From the NCBI GenBank assembly GCA_015063035.1, contig SUTG01000017.1:4724-28723 (forward strand): a stretch of DNA of 24,000 nt. Direction: 5' to 3'. Below, in pieces: positions 1-8,216 of this stretch. Source of the DNA: Methanobrevibacter olleyae (GTDB taxonomy: Archaea; Methanobacteriota; Methanobacteria; Methanobacteriales; Methanobacteriaceae). The notes under the pieces were generated by a model, which did no database searches, was not told the DNA's origin, and saw only the letters and a list, made by a program, of their open reading frames with translations. The stretch's first letter is position 1; each line of letters begins with the position of its first letter. A program made the position numbers and the translations under genes.

Positions 1-59
1 AATAGTGAAAATAAAAAATAATTAAAAAGTAAAAAAGAAGGAATAATGGAATTGACGGA

Positions 60-431
60 TTATTCAATAATCTCTTCAACAAACATTAAAGGATAATTTA
101 GCTCTTCAATGAATTTAATCCTGATAACTGCCAAAACATCAACAACTTTTGAATAGATTTTCACATCAAGCATATCCCCACTTAATGAAGTGTACTCAAA
201 TTCAGTCATGGCATTATCCAATCTATCCAAATCAATGGAAACTTCAACCTTTTCAATGCAAGGCTGCAAGGTGAAAGATTCCTCCATAGCTTTTTCTAAA
301 CTTGCAATATTTGTTTTATTGAAAGGAGTCCCTACAAATTGATGGAATAAGGCTCCCATACTAATAGCCCCTTCAAATATTGCTCTTTCCCTATTTGAAA
401 TATTAGAAAAATATTCTTCTTTAGCGCCCAT
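60..431 (-). CDS. mptD: archaeal-type dihydroneopterin aldolase-like protein (MptD family, methanopterin pathway)
   Basis: 123-aa ORF. The segments RERAIFEGAISMGALFHQFVGTP and EELNYPLMFVEE match my recollection of the small archaeal DHNA/MptD family, and the size fits. Needs HMM confirmation. Confidence 0.5.
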   Translation of the reverse strand: MGAKEEYFSNISNRERAIFEGAISMGALFHQFVGTPFNKTNIASLEKAMEESFTLQPCIEKVEVSIDLDRLDNAMTEFEYTSLSGDMLDVKIYSKVVDVLAVIRIKFIEELNYPLMFVEEIIE

Positions 432-466
432 AAAATACCTCTAAAAAATCAATTAATTCAGTCCTG

Positions 467-1243
467 CTAATTTACTCCCATCAAACTATTTAGCCATCCT
501 AATTGATCCGCCCAAACCTGTGAGGATATTGGGAAAATACAGAAATATGCAAGAACAATTGTAATGGCTATAACAACTGCCAAGATGATTTTTCTCTCAT
601 CAGCTGGAGTGAAGTAAGATACAATTAATCCTAGAATCAAGAATCCTGCAGTTATTATCCATGCCCAATGAGCTTGAGGATTTTGTTCTAAAACTGTTTC
701 ATTGATTGGGCTAATTGAGTCTAACTCTGCAATTACAACAAGCCTTTGAGCGGATGAGCCAATAGGATGACAGGTAACCAGGTACAATTCCTGACTATTA
801 ATATCATTCACATGACTTTCATTCAAATTTAAAAAATTGGTCGGTGCAATTATTTCAGATTCCTTGACAGTGTAATTCACTTCACCTATTCCTGGCCATT
901 CCAAAGTGACAACATCTCCTTTTTTAAGAGAATCTAAACGTAAAAACGGAGATCCTTGCAAGGTCCTATGCCCATATAAAACAGTATCCCCCTTAGTTGG
1001 AATATTGGAAGTCTCATCAATATAAACCCCTTGGGATATTGAAACATTGTTAATCTTCTCAAAAACGCCTATGGACTGAATCAATACAACTGATGCATTT
1101 ACATCCTTAGATTCTGCAACCTGTTTATATGAGAAGTAATTAACCTCAGTTAAAGCATATAATCCTATAATTAAAAAAGCAATTATGACAATAATTGTTG
1201 TAGGCTTTATATATTTTCTTATATCCATAAAAATCATCAACAA
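467..1243 (-). CDS. sortase-family cysteine transpeptidase, membrane anchored
   Basis: N-terminal TM helix (TTIIVIIAFLIIGLYAL). Sortase catalytic contexts are present: LYGHRT (His), ELYLVTCHP (Cys) and AQRLVVIAEL (Arg). Two extra C-terminal TM helices. The ORF-track start is TTG; the in-frame ATGs at 1237 and 1228 are more likely starts. Confidence 0.75.
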   Translation of the reverse strand: MLMIFMDIRKYIKPTTIIVIIAFLIIGLYALTEVNYFSYKQVAESKDVNASVVLIQSIGVFEKINNVSISQGVYIDETSNIPTKGDTVLYGHRTLQGSPFLRLDSLKKGDVVTLEWPGIGEVNYTVKESEIIAPTNFLNLNESHVNDINSQELYLVTCHPIGSSAQRLVVIAELDSISPINETVLEQNPQAHWAWIITAGFLILGLIVSYFTPADERKIILAVVIAITIVLAYFCIFPISSQVWADQLGWLNSLMGVN

Positions 1244-1430
1244 AAACTAATCTTAACTAAAATTTCATAATAATTTAAATATTAATTCTATACCTTTATC
1301 TATTTTTCATATTTAATAAATTTATAATATTCAATTTGATGGGCTTGTAAAGAATTGCTAAAATAGATTAGTGAAATCGATTGATTAAATGATTTTGAAA
1401 AATCCGAATTGGGCCAAATATCAAAATAGA

Positions 1431-3080
1431 TTATAAGAAATCTAAAGATTGGTTCTGATATAAATTCTCATAATATGTCTCGTTTAACTCATTCACAACC
1501 CAATTAGGTGCAAAATCTGTAGGAATTGTTAGAATCAAATTATCCATATTGTTTATTATGAAATTAACATCAGATTGTGGGACTTCCAAAAGAATAATGT
1601 ATTCAGAATCCAAGTCCCCTAAATTAGACATTCTCTCAAAATTTGATAATCTGACACCATAATTCATTAAATAAGAGTCTAAAACATTATTATCAGATCT
1701 TGAATTTAATACTGATGACTTGAGAAGTTCTTCCACATCACTTGAATAAGAAACTGTGTTTTCAAAAGGCATTGTTTCATTTCCCTTAATTACTGTTTTT
1801 GATTTGGAAACAGTGCTTTCCACCAAACCGCTATCTTTAGAGCGCAATATTGCCAAAACAGTTGCGCCACTTACAATTGGATCTTTTTCACTCTCTTCCA
1901 ATCTCTCATTAAGTGTATCATTTGATGGAATGGAACTTAGATTATTACTCATTACCTCATCTTCACCAGAGCCTTCATCTTCAACAAGCCCTTCATTGCC
2001 ATAGGAATAGTCTGAATCGTTATCGCTTAATGAATAAACATCAACAACAGAACCGACAGAAATCAGCCCTGCAGTAGCTTGAAGCCTTGAAAGGGAAATG
2101 GGAACAATAACAGTATTGACCTTTTCAAATTGAACATTTGATAAGATCTTAGCATCATTGTCCTTTACAAAATCATTTGCATCTTTAACAGACATTATGA
2201 TATTCTTATTTTCACCATAAGACATCATCACCCTACCAAAATCATCCTTGCATGATACAATTTTAGAGCTATGGTATATTCTCCAATCCTTGGTGGCGAA
2301 TCTCAAAACATCAATCGACTTGATTTCCTCAATATCATAAGCCTGATTGATTCTATTTTCCAAAGTGTAAGCATTATCATTAATCTCCAAAGGACCTTTA
2401 TATAGTGCATTCAGCTCATTTAACTTAGTATTTTTTTCTAAATTCAATTCATTCTGAAATGGCTGATAAACAAAAAAATAGAATATTGATGAAAGCAATA
2501 CCAAAATTACTAATACAACAGTTATCTTGGCAAATGATGATTTTGAGGAATCCTTTTTATTCAATAGATTAGTCTTGAATCGTAACAACTCATTTTTAAG
2601 AGTTTTCTTACCGGAACTTCCATTCTTTCCTTTTCTCAAATCACTTAAATCATCAGGAACTTTATAATCTTCATTATCAGAACCATTTAAACCTTCTGAA
2701 TTGGGGGAATAGATATATCTTGCATATTTCTCATCAACTCCTTCCAAATCATTGCCCACATTAGATTGATTAGATTGATTGGATTGATTAAATTTATTAA
2801 ATTTATTAAATTTATTAAATTTATTAAATTGATCTTTAGGCCTAAATTCATCATTATAAAATCCAGAATCTGAATTGGAATTGGAATTATTTTTTAATGG
2901 TGAACTTTCAGGAATGATTGAATCAAAACTTGCAAAATGTGAAGAATCCTCTTTTTTCTTCTTCGTTTGGGAATTAGATTTATTTTTTTCTCCTTTTTCT
3001 CCTAAATTTTCTAATTTTAATTTAAACTTATCATTCTTAAACAAATTAAATCGATTTTTTCGATTAGTCATAGTTATCAA
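1431..3080 (-). CDS. single-pass membrane protein with a low-complexity cytoplasmic N-terminus and a possible SAF/CpaB(RcpC)-like ectodomain
   Basis: 549-aa ORF. It has an N/S/K-rich N-terminal region of about 190 aa with FNK/SNQ repeats and one TM helix (ITVVLVILVLLSSIFYFFVY). The ectodomain segments VPISLSRLQATAGLISVGSVVDVYS and EYIILLEVPQSDVNFIINNMDNLILTIP resemble the CpaB beta-clip pattern. An ATG at 3071 is the likelier start. Confidence 0.6.
   Translation of the reverse strand: MITMTNRKNRFNLFKNDKFKLKLENLGEKGEKNKSNSQTKKKKEDSSHFASFDSIIPESSPLKNNSNSNSDSGFYNDEFRPKDQFNKFNKFNKFNKFNQSNQSNQSNVGNDLEGVDEKYARYIYSPNSEGLNGSDNEDYKVPDDLSDLRKGKNGSSGKKTLKNELLRFKTNLLNKKDSSKSSFAKITVVLVILVLLSSIFYFFVYQPFQNELNLEKNTKLNELNALYKGPLEINDNAYTLENRINQAYDIEEIKSIDVLRFATKDWRIYHSSKIVSCKDDFGRVMMSYGENKNIIMSVKDANDFVKDNDAKILSNVQFEKVNTVIVPISLSRLQATAGLISVGSVVDVYSLSDNDSDYSYGNEGLVEDEGSGEDEVMSNNLSSIPSNDTLNERLEESEKDPIVSGATVLAILRSKDSGLVESTVSKSKTVIKGNETMPFENTVSYSSDVEELLKSSVLNSRSDNNVLDSYLMNYGVRLSNFERMSNLGDLDSEYIILLEVPQSDVNFIINNMDNLILTIPTDFAPNWVVNELNETYYENLYQNQSLDFL
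2761..2832 (-). repeat. in-frame 9-bp tandem array (8 units) encoding (FNK)n-(SNQ)n
   Basis: Plus-strand units are ttagattga x2, ttggattga, ttaaattta x4 and ttaaattga, all contiguous. They translate on the minus strand to QFNKFNKFNKFNKFNQSNQSNQSN. Confidence 0.9.
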
Positions 3081-3297
3081 ACCTGGAATGGAATGAGATA
3101 AAATAAGTAGAAAAATCGGTTCAAAAAAGAAATTATGTAAGTTTTAACTTAATTTGTAAAAATAGCTTGAAAAAAATAAAAATAATAAAAAAAGAAGAAT
3201 TGAATTGATAAACAGAAAAAATATTAAAAATAAAAAGTGAAAAATGAAATTTTAAAAAATTATTAAATAAAATTGATTATAAAATTATTTAATAAAT

Positions 3298-4245
3298 TTA
3301 CTCTTCTTCCACTTCACCAGTGCTGATGTTTAATAATTTTTCTTCCTCTTCTTCCTTTCCTTCATCCTCTGCTGCTTTGCTTTCTCCAATAATTTCACCA
3401 GAAGAAACTTGGTTGATAGATTCTTTCATAGATTTAACAGCATCTTTTGCAGAACTTAAGGAAACGCTAATTCTATTAGCAGTTATTTCTCTAACCTGGC
3501 CAATATTCTTATTGACATTTTCTGGAGTTAAAGCTTCTTCGGTATCAATGAAGAACTCCAAGAATGTCATAAACATGTAGACCAATGCTAATACAAACAA
3601 TACTAAAGCTGGAAGATTTACAGCACCTATGGATACATTAATAGGTAAAATCAACAAGAGCATCATTAATGCTCCAAAACCAATTACATAATAATTGTCA
3701 ACTTTAGGATATCTGATTGTACTGATCATTAAATAAGCTGCAAACAACATTAAGATAGCAGCAACACCAACGTTAAATAAACCGCTAAGGTAATAAGTTG
3801 CTATGATAATAGCTGTACCTGGTATTGGGAATCCCACGAATCCATGGTAATTAATTTTATCTGAAATTACATTGAAACGGGCAAGTCTTAACATTCCACA
3901 AACCATGGTTAAAACAGCAACAATAGCCATTAAGTATCCTGCCCAGTCAGATATTCCTAAGCCAATATAATATAAAATGACTGAAGGTGCAAGACCAAAA
4001 GATACAATATCCGCTAAAGAATCAATATTTTTTCCAAAACCAAATTTATCGTCACGATTAAGTTTTCTTGAAACCCATCCATCTACAGAGTCAAAAACAA
4101 CTGCAACAAGTATGCACAATGATGCATAAGTTAAATGATTATCAATAACCATTAAAATAGCCAAAAATCCAAATACCAAATTCAATATTGAAATGACATC
4201 AGGAATGGCTAAAAAATATCCCATTCCTACACTTTTTAATCTCAT
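3298..4245 (-). CDS. pssA: CDP-alcohol phosphatidyltransferase (archaetidylserine synthase-like) with an acidic C-terminal tail
   Basis: Multi-TM protein carrying the CDP-alcohol transferase motif DSVDGWVSRKLN...GKNIDSLADIVSFG (D-G-x2-AR-x8-G-x3-D-x3-D pattern). A hydrophilic E/K-rich C-terminal extension of about 85 aa follows. Confidence 0.8.
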   Translation of the reverse strand: MRLKSVGMGYFLAIPDVISILNLVFGFLAILMVIDNHLTYASLCILVAVVFDSVDGWVSRKLNRDDKFGFGKNIDSLADIVSFGLAPSVILYYIGLGISDWAGYLMAIVAVLTMVCGMLRLARFNVISDKINYHGFVGFPIPGTAIIIATYYLSGLFNVGVAAILMLFAAYLMISTIRYPKVDNYYVIGFGALMMLLLILPINVSIGAVNLPALVLFVLALVYMFMTFLEFFIDTEEALTPENVNKNIGQVREITANRISVSLSSAKDAVKSMKESINQVSSGEIIGESKAAEDEGKEEEEEKLLNISTGEVEEE

Positions 4246-4710
4246 AATTTGACTCCAAATAATATTTTAAATAAACTCCCTTATTAATTTTTTCAAAAAA
4301 CGATTAATTGTTTTCTAAATCAATATAAAATAACAATACATTAGTAAAAAGTAATTTAATTAAAAAATTCAAGTAATTTTGAAAAAATAAACTCAAATTA
4401 CTATTTTTAATTAAAATAAATATTTTCAAATAAAGTAAATTTTTTAAATGAATTGAATTTTTTTATTGTAAAATAAATTTTCTATTGATGGCTAATTTTC
4501 CATAACTGAAACAATTTTATAATTTCATTTTAATTTTACATTAAAAAAATAAACAATATTATACATTAAGATATTATATTAATACTATTTTAAATCCATT
4601 ATTTAAATATTACTCAATAGTATTTAATATATTCTATTATCTTATATTTAATTTTTTTTAAAAAATAATTACTGAAAAACTTAATGAAAAAATACGATTT
4701 CTCAACCAAA

Positions 4711-4800
4711 TTCAAACTAAGATAAATTAAATAAAATTAAAGAAAACTAAAAAAAACTAAAAAAAACTAATGAAATTAAATGAAATTAAATTAAAAAAAC
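4711..4800. repeat. degenerate 10-bp-period A-tract array (9 units), predicted intrinsically curved DNA
   Basis: Consecutive 10-mers: ttcaaactaa, gataaattaa, ataaaattaa, agaaaactaa, aaaaaactaa, aaaaaactaa, tgaaattaaa, tgaaattaaa, ttaaaaaaac. Confidence 0.8.
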
Positions 4801-4994
4801 CACCCAAACAAATCAAAATAATTCCTTACTTAAAAACAAAATTTTATATTATAATAATGAAATATATTAAAATAGTATAGTATTAAAATATTATATTTAA
4901 TTGAAAAAAAGTAATACGGAATCAAAGATTTAACCAATGATTTTACAAACTGGAAAGTTGATTCAAAAATTAATTTAACTCTATTAGTGATTAT

Positions 4995-5762
4995 ATGATT
5001 GAAGACAGAATACAAATTCTCCGAAGAGCTGCAAAGGTTTCCTCAAGGGAGAATAATGAGCATGTATGGTGTGTCATCGCAGGAAATGAAAAATTAGTTG
5101 ATGATATAGCATACAATGCAATCACATCTAATGATAGAGTTCAAATTTTATTTAGGGAATCCATTAAGATTTTAGACAAGTACACTTCAAAAAGATTTGA
5201 TTGCATAATGCTAAAAGGAGAGGCACTGAAAATCAGTGAACTTAGAAACAGATGCAATGAGAAGGGAGGAGCATCTGTAGAAATAACTAATGTTCATATA
5301 AATGAAATGCCTAATCTGTTGGTAATTGTTGGTCCTGAAGAGTCCATGAAATCATTTAATGGAGAAACAAATAGGCAGAACACAAAAATAAACATTTTAG
5401 CTGAAGATCATACAAGCAGTTTCATCAAGGCGGAACTCAATACACGCTTTAAATTGCCATCATTCTTAAGGAATACAGTGACACCAATACTTGACATGAG
5501 CGATGCTGTATTGTCTGCAATCCTAGTTTCCGTAATAGATGAAGAAAACATTGAACGCGTTAAGGAAATCAGCCAAAACAATAGTTTATTTGGAATTGAC
5601 TTAAAGAAAACAATCCAAGATAAAGAAAAGCAAAGGATTGTTGAGGATAGTGAAAATCAAGTAGAAGCTCAAAAAGAAAGCAATGCCTCAAAAAACGATC
5701 CAGAAGAAAATAATCAGCAAGACAACACTGCAAAACCACAAGAAAATAATCCCCAAGAATAA
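4995..5762 (+). CDS. hypothetical protein with a globular N-terminal region of about 200 aa and an N/Q/E-rich disordered tail
   Basis: 255-aa ORF with an ATG start and non-repetitive composition over the first roughly 200 aa. I recognise no family motif. Confidence 0.55.
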   Translation: MIEDRIQILRRAAKVSSRENNEHVWCVIAGNEKLVDDIAYNAITSNDRVQILFRESIKILDKYTSKRFDCIMLKGEALKISELRNRCNEKGGASVEITNVHINEMPNLLVIVGPEESMKSFNGETNRQNTKINILAEDHTSSFIKAELNTRFKLPSFLRNTVTPILDMSDAVLSAILVSVIDEENIERVKEISQNNSLFGIDLKKTIQDKEKQRIVEDSENQVEAQKESNASKNDPEENNQQDNTAKPQENNPQE

Positions 5763-6024
5763 TTTATCTTTTTAATGCTCCTTGCTAATTTAAATCTTCA
5801 TTTTTAAGACTATTTTTAAATAATTTTTAGAATTATTCATATTTTTATACAAAAACTTATTATTAATAAAAATTATAAATAATTAATGTTATAAACATTA
5901 ATCAATTAGTTTTTGAATATATTAACTGAATTTATATTGATTGAATATGTCAATTCAAAAACGTATTTTGATTAATGAAAAAATAAGATCAATTAAATGA
6001 TTAATTAAAATATTTTTTAAATGA

Positions 6025-6072
6025 TTTATTAAATAATTTATTAAAATATTTATTAAATGATTTATTAAAAGA
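6025..6072 (+). repeat. 4 x 12-bp tandem repeat of the TATA-like box TTTATTAAA upstream of mreB
   Basis: TTTATTAAA occurs at 6025, 6037, 6049 and 6061, an exact 12-bp period. The array lies 45-95 bp upstream of the mreB start. Confidence 0.85.
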
Positions 6073-6116
6073 TTAATTAAATAATTTAATTTCATTTTAT
6101 TAATGGAGGAATAACT

Positions 6117-7187
6117 TTGAGTATTTTCGGAAATGAAGACGCTATTGAAATTGAACCAACCAGAGTTGTTAAGAATAGTTTAGGTATTGATTTAGGTACC
6201 TTAAACACCGTAATCGCAAAACCATCAGGAGATAAATTTGACTTATACCAAATTCCTTCTGTAGTTGCTGTTAAGAAAGATGATCCTTCTGCAGTACTTG
6301 CTGTCGGAGAAGAAGCTAAAAAAATGTTAGGCAGAACTCCAGAGGACATCGTTGCAGTTAGGCCACTTAAAAAAGGAGTAATCGAAAACGTTGCCCAAGC
6401 ACAAGCATTACTCATTAGAGCTATGGAAATCGGTATTAACGAAGGAGAAACTGTAGGAAGAATTGTCATTGGAATTCCTGGAGACGCTTCTGAAGTGGAA
6501 AAGAATGCCGCTGAAGAGATAGGTAGAAAAGCTGGTGCTGAATACGTTTTAGTAGTCAGTGAAGGTTTAGCTGCAGCTATTGGAGCTGGATTGCCTATTG
6601 CAGAACCAAATGGAACCATGGTAATCGACATTGGTGCAGGATCCACTGATTTAGTTGTTATTTCCCTTGGTGGAATAAACGATATTGAAACCGTAAGAGT
6701 CGGTGGAGACGATATTGACAATAGAATCGTTGAATTGGTTGCGGAAAAATACAATGTTGCAATAAGCATTCACGATGCAGAAGCTGCAAAAATGGAAATT
6801 GGAATGATCCATTGCAGTGAAGAATTTGAAAACTTAAGCTATGAAGTTATTGGTAAATCCTTAGAAACTAACAGACCTAAAAAAGTTGTAATTGATTCAA
6901 TGTTAGTTGCAGATGCAGTAGAACCAATCATTCAAGCAGTTGTTGGCGGATTAAACATTATCTTAGAAAGATTACCTGCAGAATTGATGATGGGAGTTTA
7001 CAAAAATACTGTAGCAGTAGGTGGAAGTTCCAGATTAAGAGGTCTCAAAGAAAGAATTTACGATGAATCAGACATTCCGATTCAAATTTCTGATGACCCT
7101 ATGACCGTAGTCGCTAAAGGAACTGCAATCGTAGCTGCTGAGCCATTAGCTTTAGAACCGGAAGTACGTTTAAAAGCTATGAAATAA
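6117..7187 (+). CDS. mreB: rod-shape-determining actin homologue MreB
   Basis: GIDLGTLNT phosphate-1 motif, AVGEEAKKMLGRTPEDIVAVRPLKKGVI, EGLAAAIGAGLPIAEPNGTMVIDIGAGSTDLVVISLGG and VGGSSRLRGL. TTG start preceded by a GGAGG Shine-Dalgarno at 6105-6109. Confidence 0.9.
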   Translation: MSIFGNEDAIEIEPTRVVKNSLGIDLGTLNTVIAKPSGDKFDLYQIPSVVAVKKDDPSAVLAVGEEAKKMLGRTPEDIVAVRPLKKGVIENVAQAQALLIRAMEIGINEGETVGRIVIGIPGDASEVEKNAAEEIGRKAGAEYVLVVSEGLAAAIGAGLPIAEPNGTMVIDIGAGSTDLVVISLGGINDIETVRVGGDDIDNRIVELVAEKYNVAISIHDAEAAKMEIGMIHCSEEFENLSYEVIGKSLETNRPKKVVIDSMLVADAVEPIIQAVVGGLNIILERLPAELMMGVYKNTVAVGGSSRLRGLKERIYDESDIPIQISDDPMTVVAKGTAIVAAEPLALEPEVRLKAMK

Positions 7188-7226
7188 ATTTAAACAATTT
7201 CAAGCGTTAATTAATACGTATAATAC

Positions 7227-7261
7227 TATGGATTGTCTTTACAATCCATAATATTCCTTTT
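7227..7261 (+). terminator. perfect 10-bp stem hairpin plus T-run downstream of mreB
   Basis: tatggattgt (7227-7236), loop cttt, acaatccata (7241-7250), followed by atattcctttt. It lies 40 bp after the mreB stop. Confidence 0.5.
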
Positions 7262-7316
7262 AACACCAAAAACCACACCAATACTTACTTCTATCAAACT
7301 ATAACTCATTTTATAA

Positions 7317-7373
7317 AAACTAAACACTTTAATAAAACTAAACCTTTTTATTAAACTAAACACTTTAATAAAA
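7317..7373 (+). repeat. 21-bp perfect direct repeat (aaactaaacactttaataaaa) x2 with a partial third copy between them
   Basis: Copies at 7317-7337 and 7353-7373. The ACTAAAC core recurs at 7319, 7337, 7355 and 7396. Confidence 0.85.
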
Positions 7374-7395
7374 ATTTAGCCCTTTTTAAAAAAAG

Positions 7396-7412
7396 ACTAA
7401 ACTATTTAAATA
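7396..7412 (+). promoter_or_regulatory. candidate BRE/TATA (actaaac-ta-TTTAAATA) for a leaderless or near-leaderless rnhB transcript
   Basis: TTTAAATA at 7405-7412 is centred about 25 bp upstream of the ATG at 7433. No convincing Shine-Dalgarno lies in between. Confidence 0.35.
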
Positions 7413-7432
7413 ATAAAACTGGATTTAATAAT

Positions 7433-8092
7433 ATGGATACACTAGGATTAGATGAAGCGGGAAGAGGTCCTGTATTAGGCCCTATGGTTATGGCAGGTAT
7501 TGTAATACCTGAGAAAAAAGAAAAGATCATTGAAAGAATGGGCGTGAAAGATTCTAAAAGATTAACTCCTAACAGAAGAGCGGTCCTATATCGTAAGTTA
7601 ACTAAAATGTTCGATTATGAAACAGTGGTGATTACTGCTAAGGATATTGACACTTTAAGAGCAAAAGGAATTAATCTTAATCAAATAGAAAAATTAGCCA
7701 TGAAAAAAATCATAAATACTCTTCGAGCAGATAGAATCATCATAGACGCTTTGGATGTGAAGGAAGGAAGACTTCAGGAAGAAATGGAAGAATATGTAGG
7801 CCATAGCTGTGAGGTCATTGCAGAACATAAGGCAGATGATAACTATCTTGCAGTTGGAGCAGCTTCAATCATTGCAAAAACAAAAAGGGATATGATTATT
7901 GAAGAAATAAATAAGCAGTACATCAGGTCCACCAAGGACAGAGATGGAATCGGTTCAGGTTATCCAAGCGATCCAAAAACCAAAAACTTCTTGAAGAAAT
8001 TTAAATATGATGAAATGCCAGATTTCGTTAGAAGAAGTTGGGGAACAGTCCAGAAAATAAAAGAAGCCGAAGAGGCTGAAAAATTAGAATAA
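7433..8092 (+). CDS. rnhB: ribonuclease HII
   Basis: N-terminal GLDEAGRGPVLGPMV catalytic motif. Length and overall pattern are typical of archaeal RNase HII. Confidence 0.9.
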   Translation: MDTLGLDEAGRGPVLGPMVMAGIVIPEKKEKIIERMGVKDSKRLTPNRRAVLYRKLTKMFDYETVVITAKDIDTLRAKGINLNQIEKLAMKKIINTLRADRIIIDALDVKEGRLQEEMEEYVGHSCEVIAEHKADDNYLAVGAASIIAKTKRDMIIEEINKQYIRSTKDRDGIGSGYPSDPKTKNFLKKFKYDEMPDFVRRSWGTVQKIKEAEEAEKLE

Positions 8093-8113
8093 GTTAAACT
8101 AAAATTTTTCAAT

Positions 8114-8206
8114 AAAAAAAAAAAAAATATAAAAATAAAAAAAATCCAATTTACCTAAATAAATTGGAAAGAATTTTGGTCAAGGTTTTTAGCCGAAGGC
8201 TAAAAA
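8114..8206 (-). terminator. purO terminator region: two hairpins followed on the minus strand by T8, T5 and T14 runs
   Basis: Hairpin A at 8186-8206 (tttttagcc gaa ggctaaaaa, 9-bp stem) lies 10 nt after the purO stop. Hairpin B at 8145-8168 (tccaattta / taaattgga) is followed immediately on the minus strand by U8. The A14 run at 8114-8127 reads as T14 on the minus strand. Confidence 0.55.
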
Positions 8207-8216
8207 GCTTGGGGAT

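Noticed and set aside
4246-4994. Possible replication origin, prompted by a long AT-rich spacer with repeats and a single ctggaaag element reminiscent of an ORB core at about 4950.
   Set aside because: There are no multiple inverted ORB or mini-ORB copies, no adjacent cdc6/orc1 gene, and the repeats are simple A-tract phasing. The evidence is insufficient to call oriC.
4830-5015. 61-aa ORF (MYSVFNHIITNRV...) in the spacer, overlapping the start of the 4995 gene.
   Set aside because: It has extreme F/Y/I/N/K composition dictated by AT-rich DNA, no Shine-Dalgarno, and it overlaps a better-supported gene start.
5882-5962. Inverted repeats in the spacer upstream of mreB: attaatgtt-ata-aacattaat at 5882-5902, and gtttttgaat...attcaaaaac at 5909-5962.
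   Set aside because: The stems are almost entirely A/T with weak predicted stability and are not positioned after a gene end or at an evident TSS. I could not distinguish them from compositional noise.
6092-6769. 225-aa ORF antisense to mreB, together with similar long antisense ORFs at 10726-11286, 12146-12817, 15805-16245, 17335-17700, 18496-18813, 20726-21007 and 21272-21520.
   Set aside because: All lie entirely within, and opposite to, genes with strong family motifs. Their S/T/P/I-rich, motif-free composition is typical of shadow ORFs generated by the codon bias of the sense gene.
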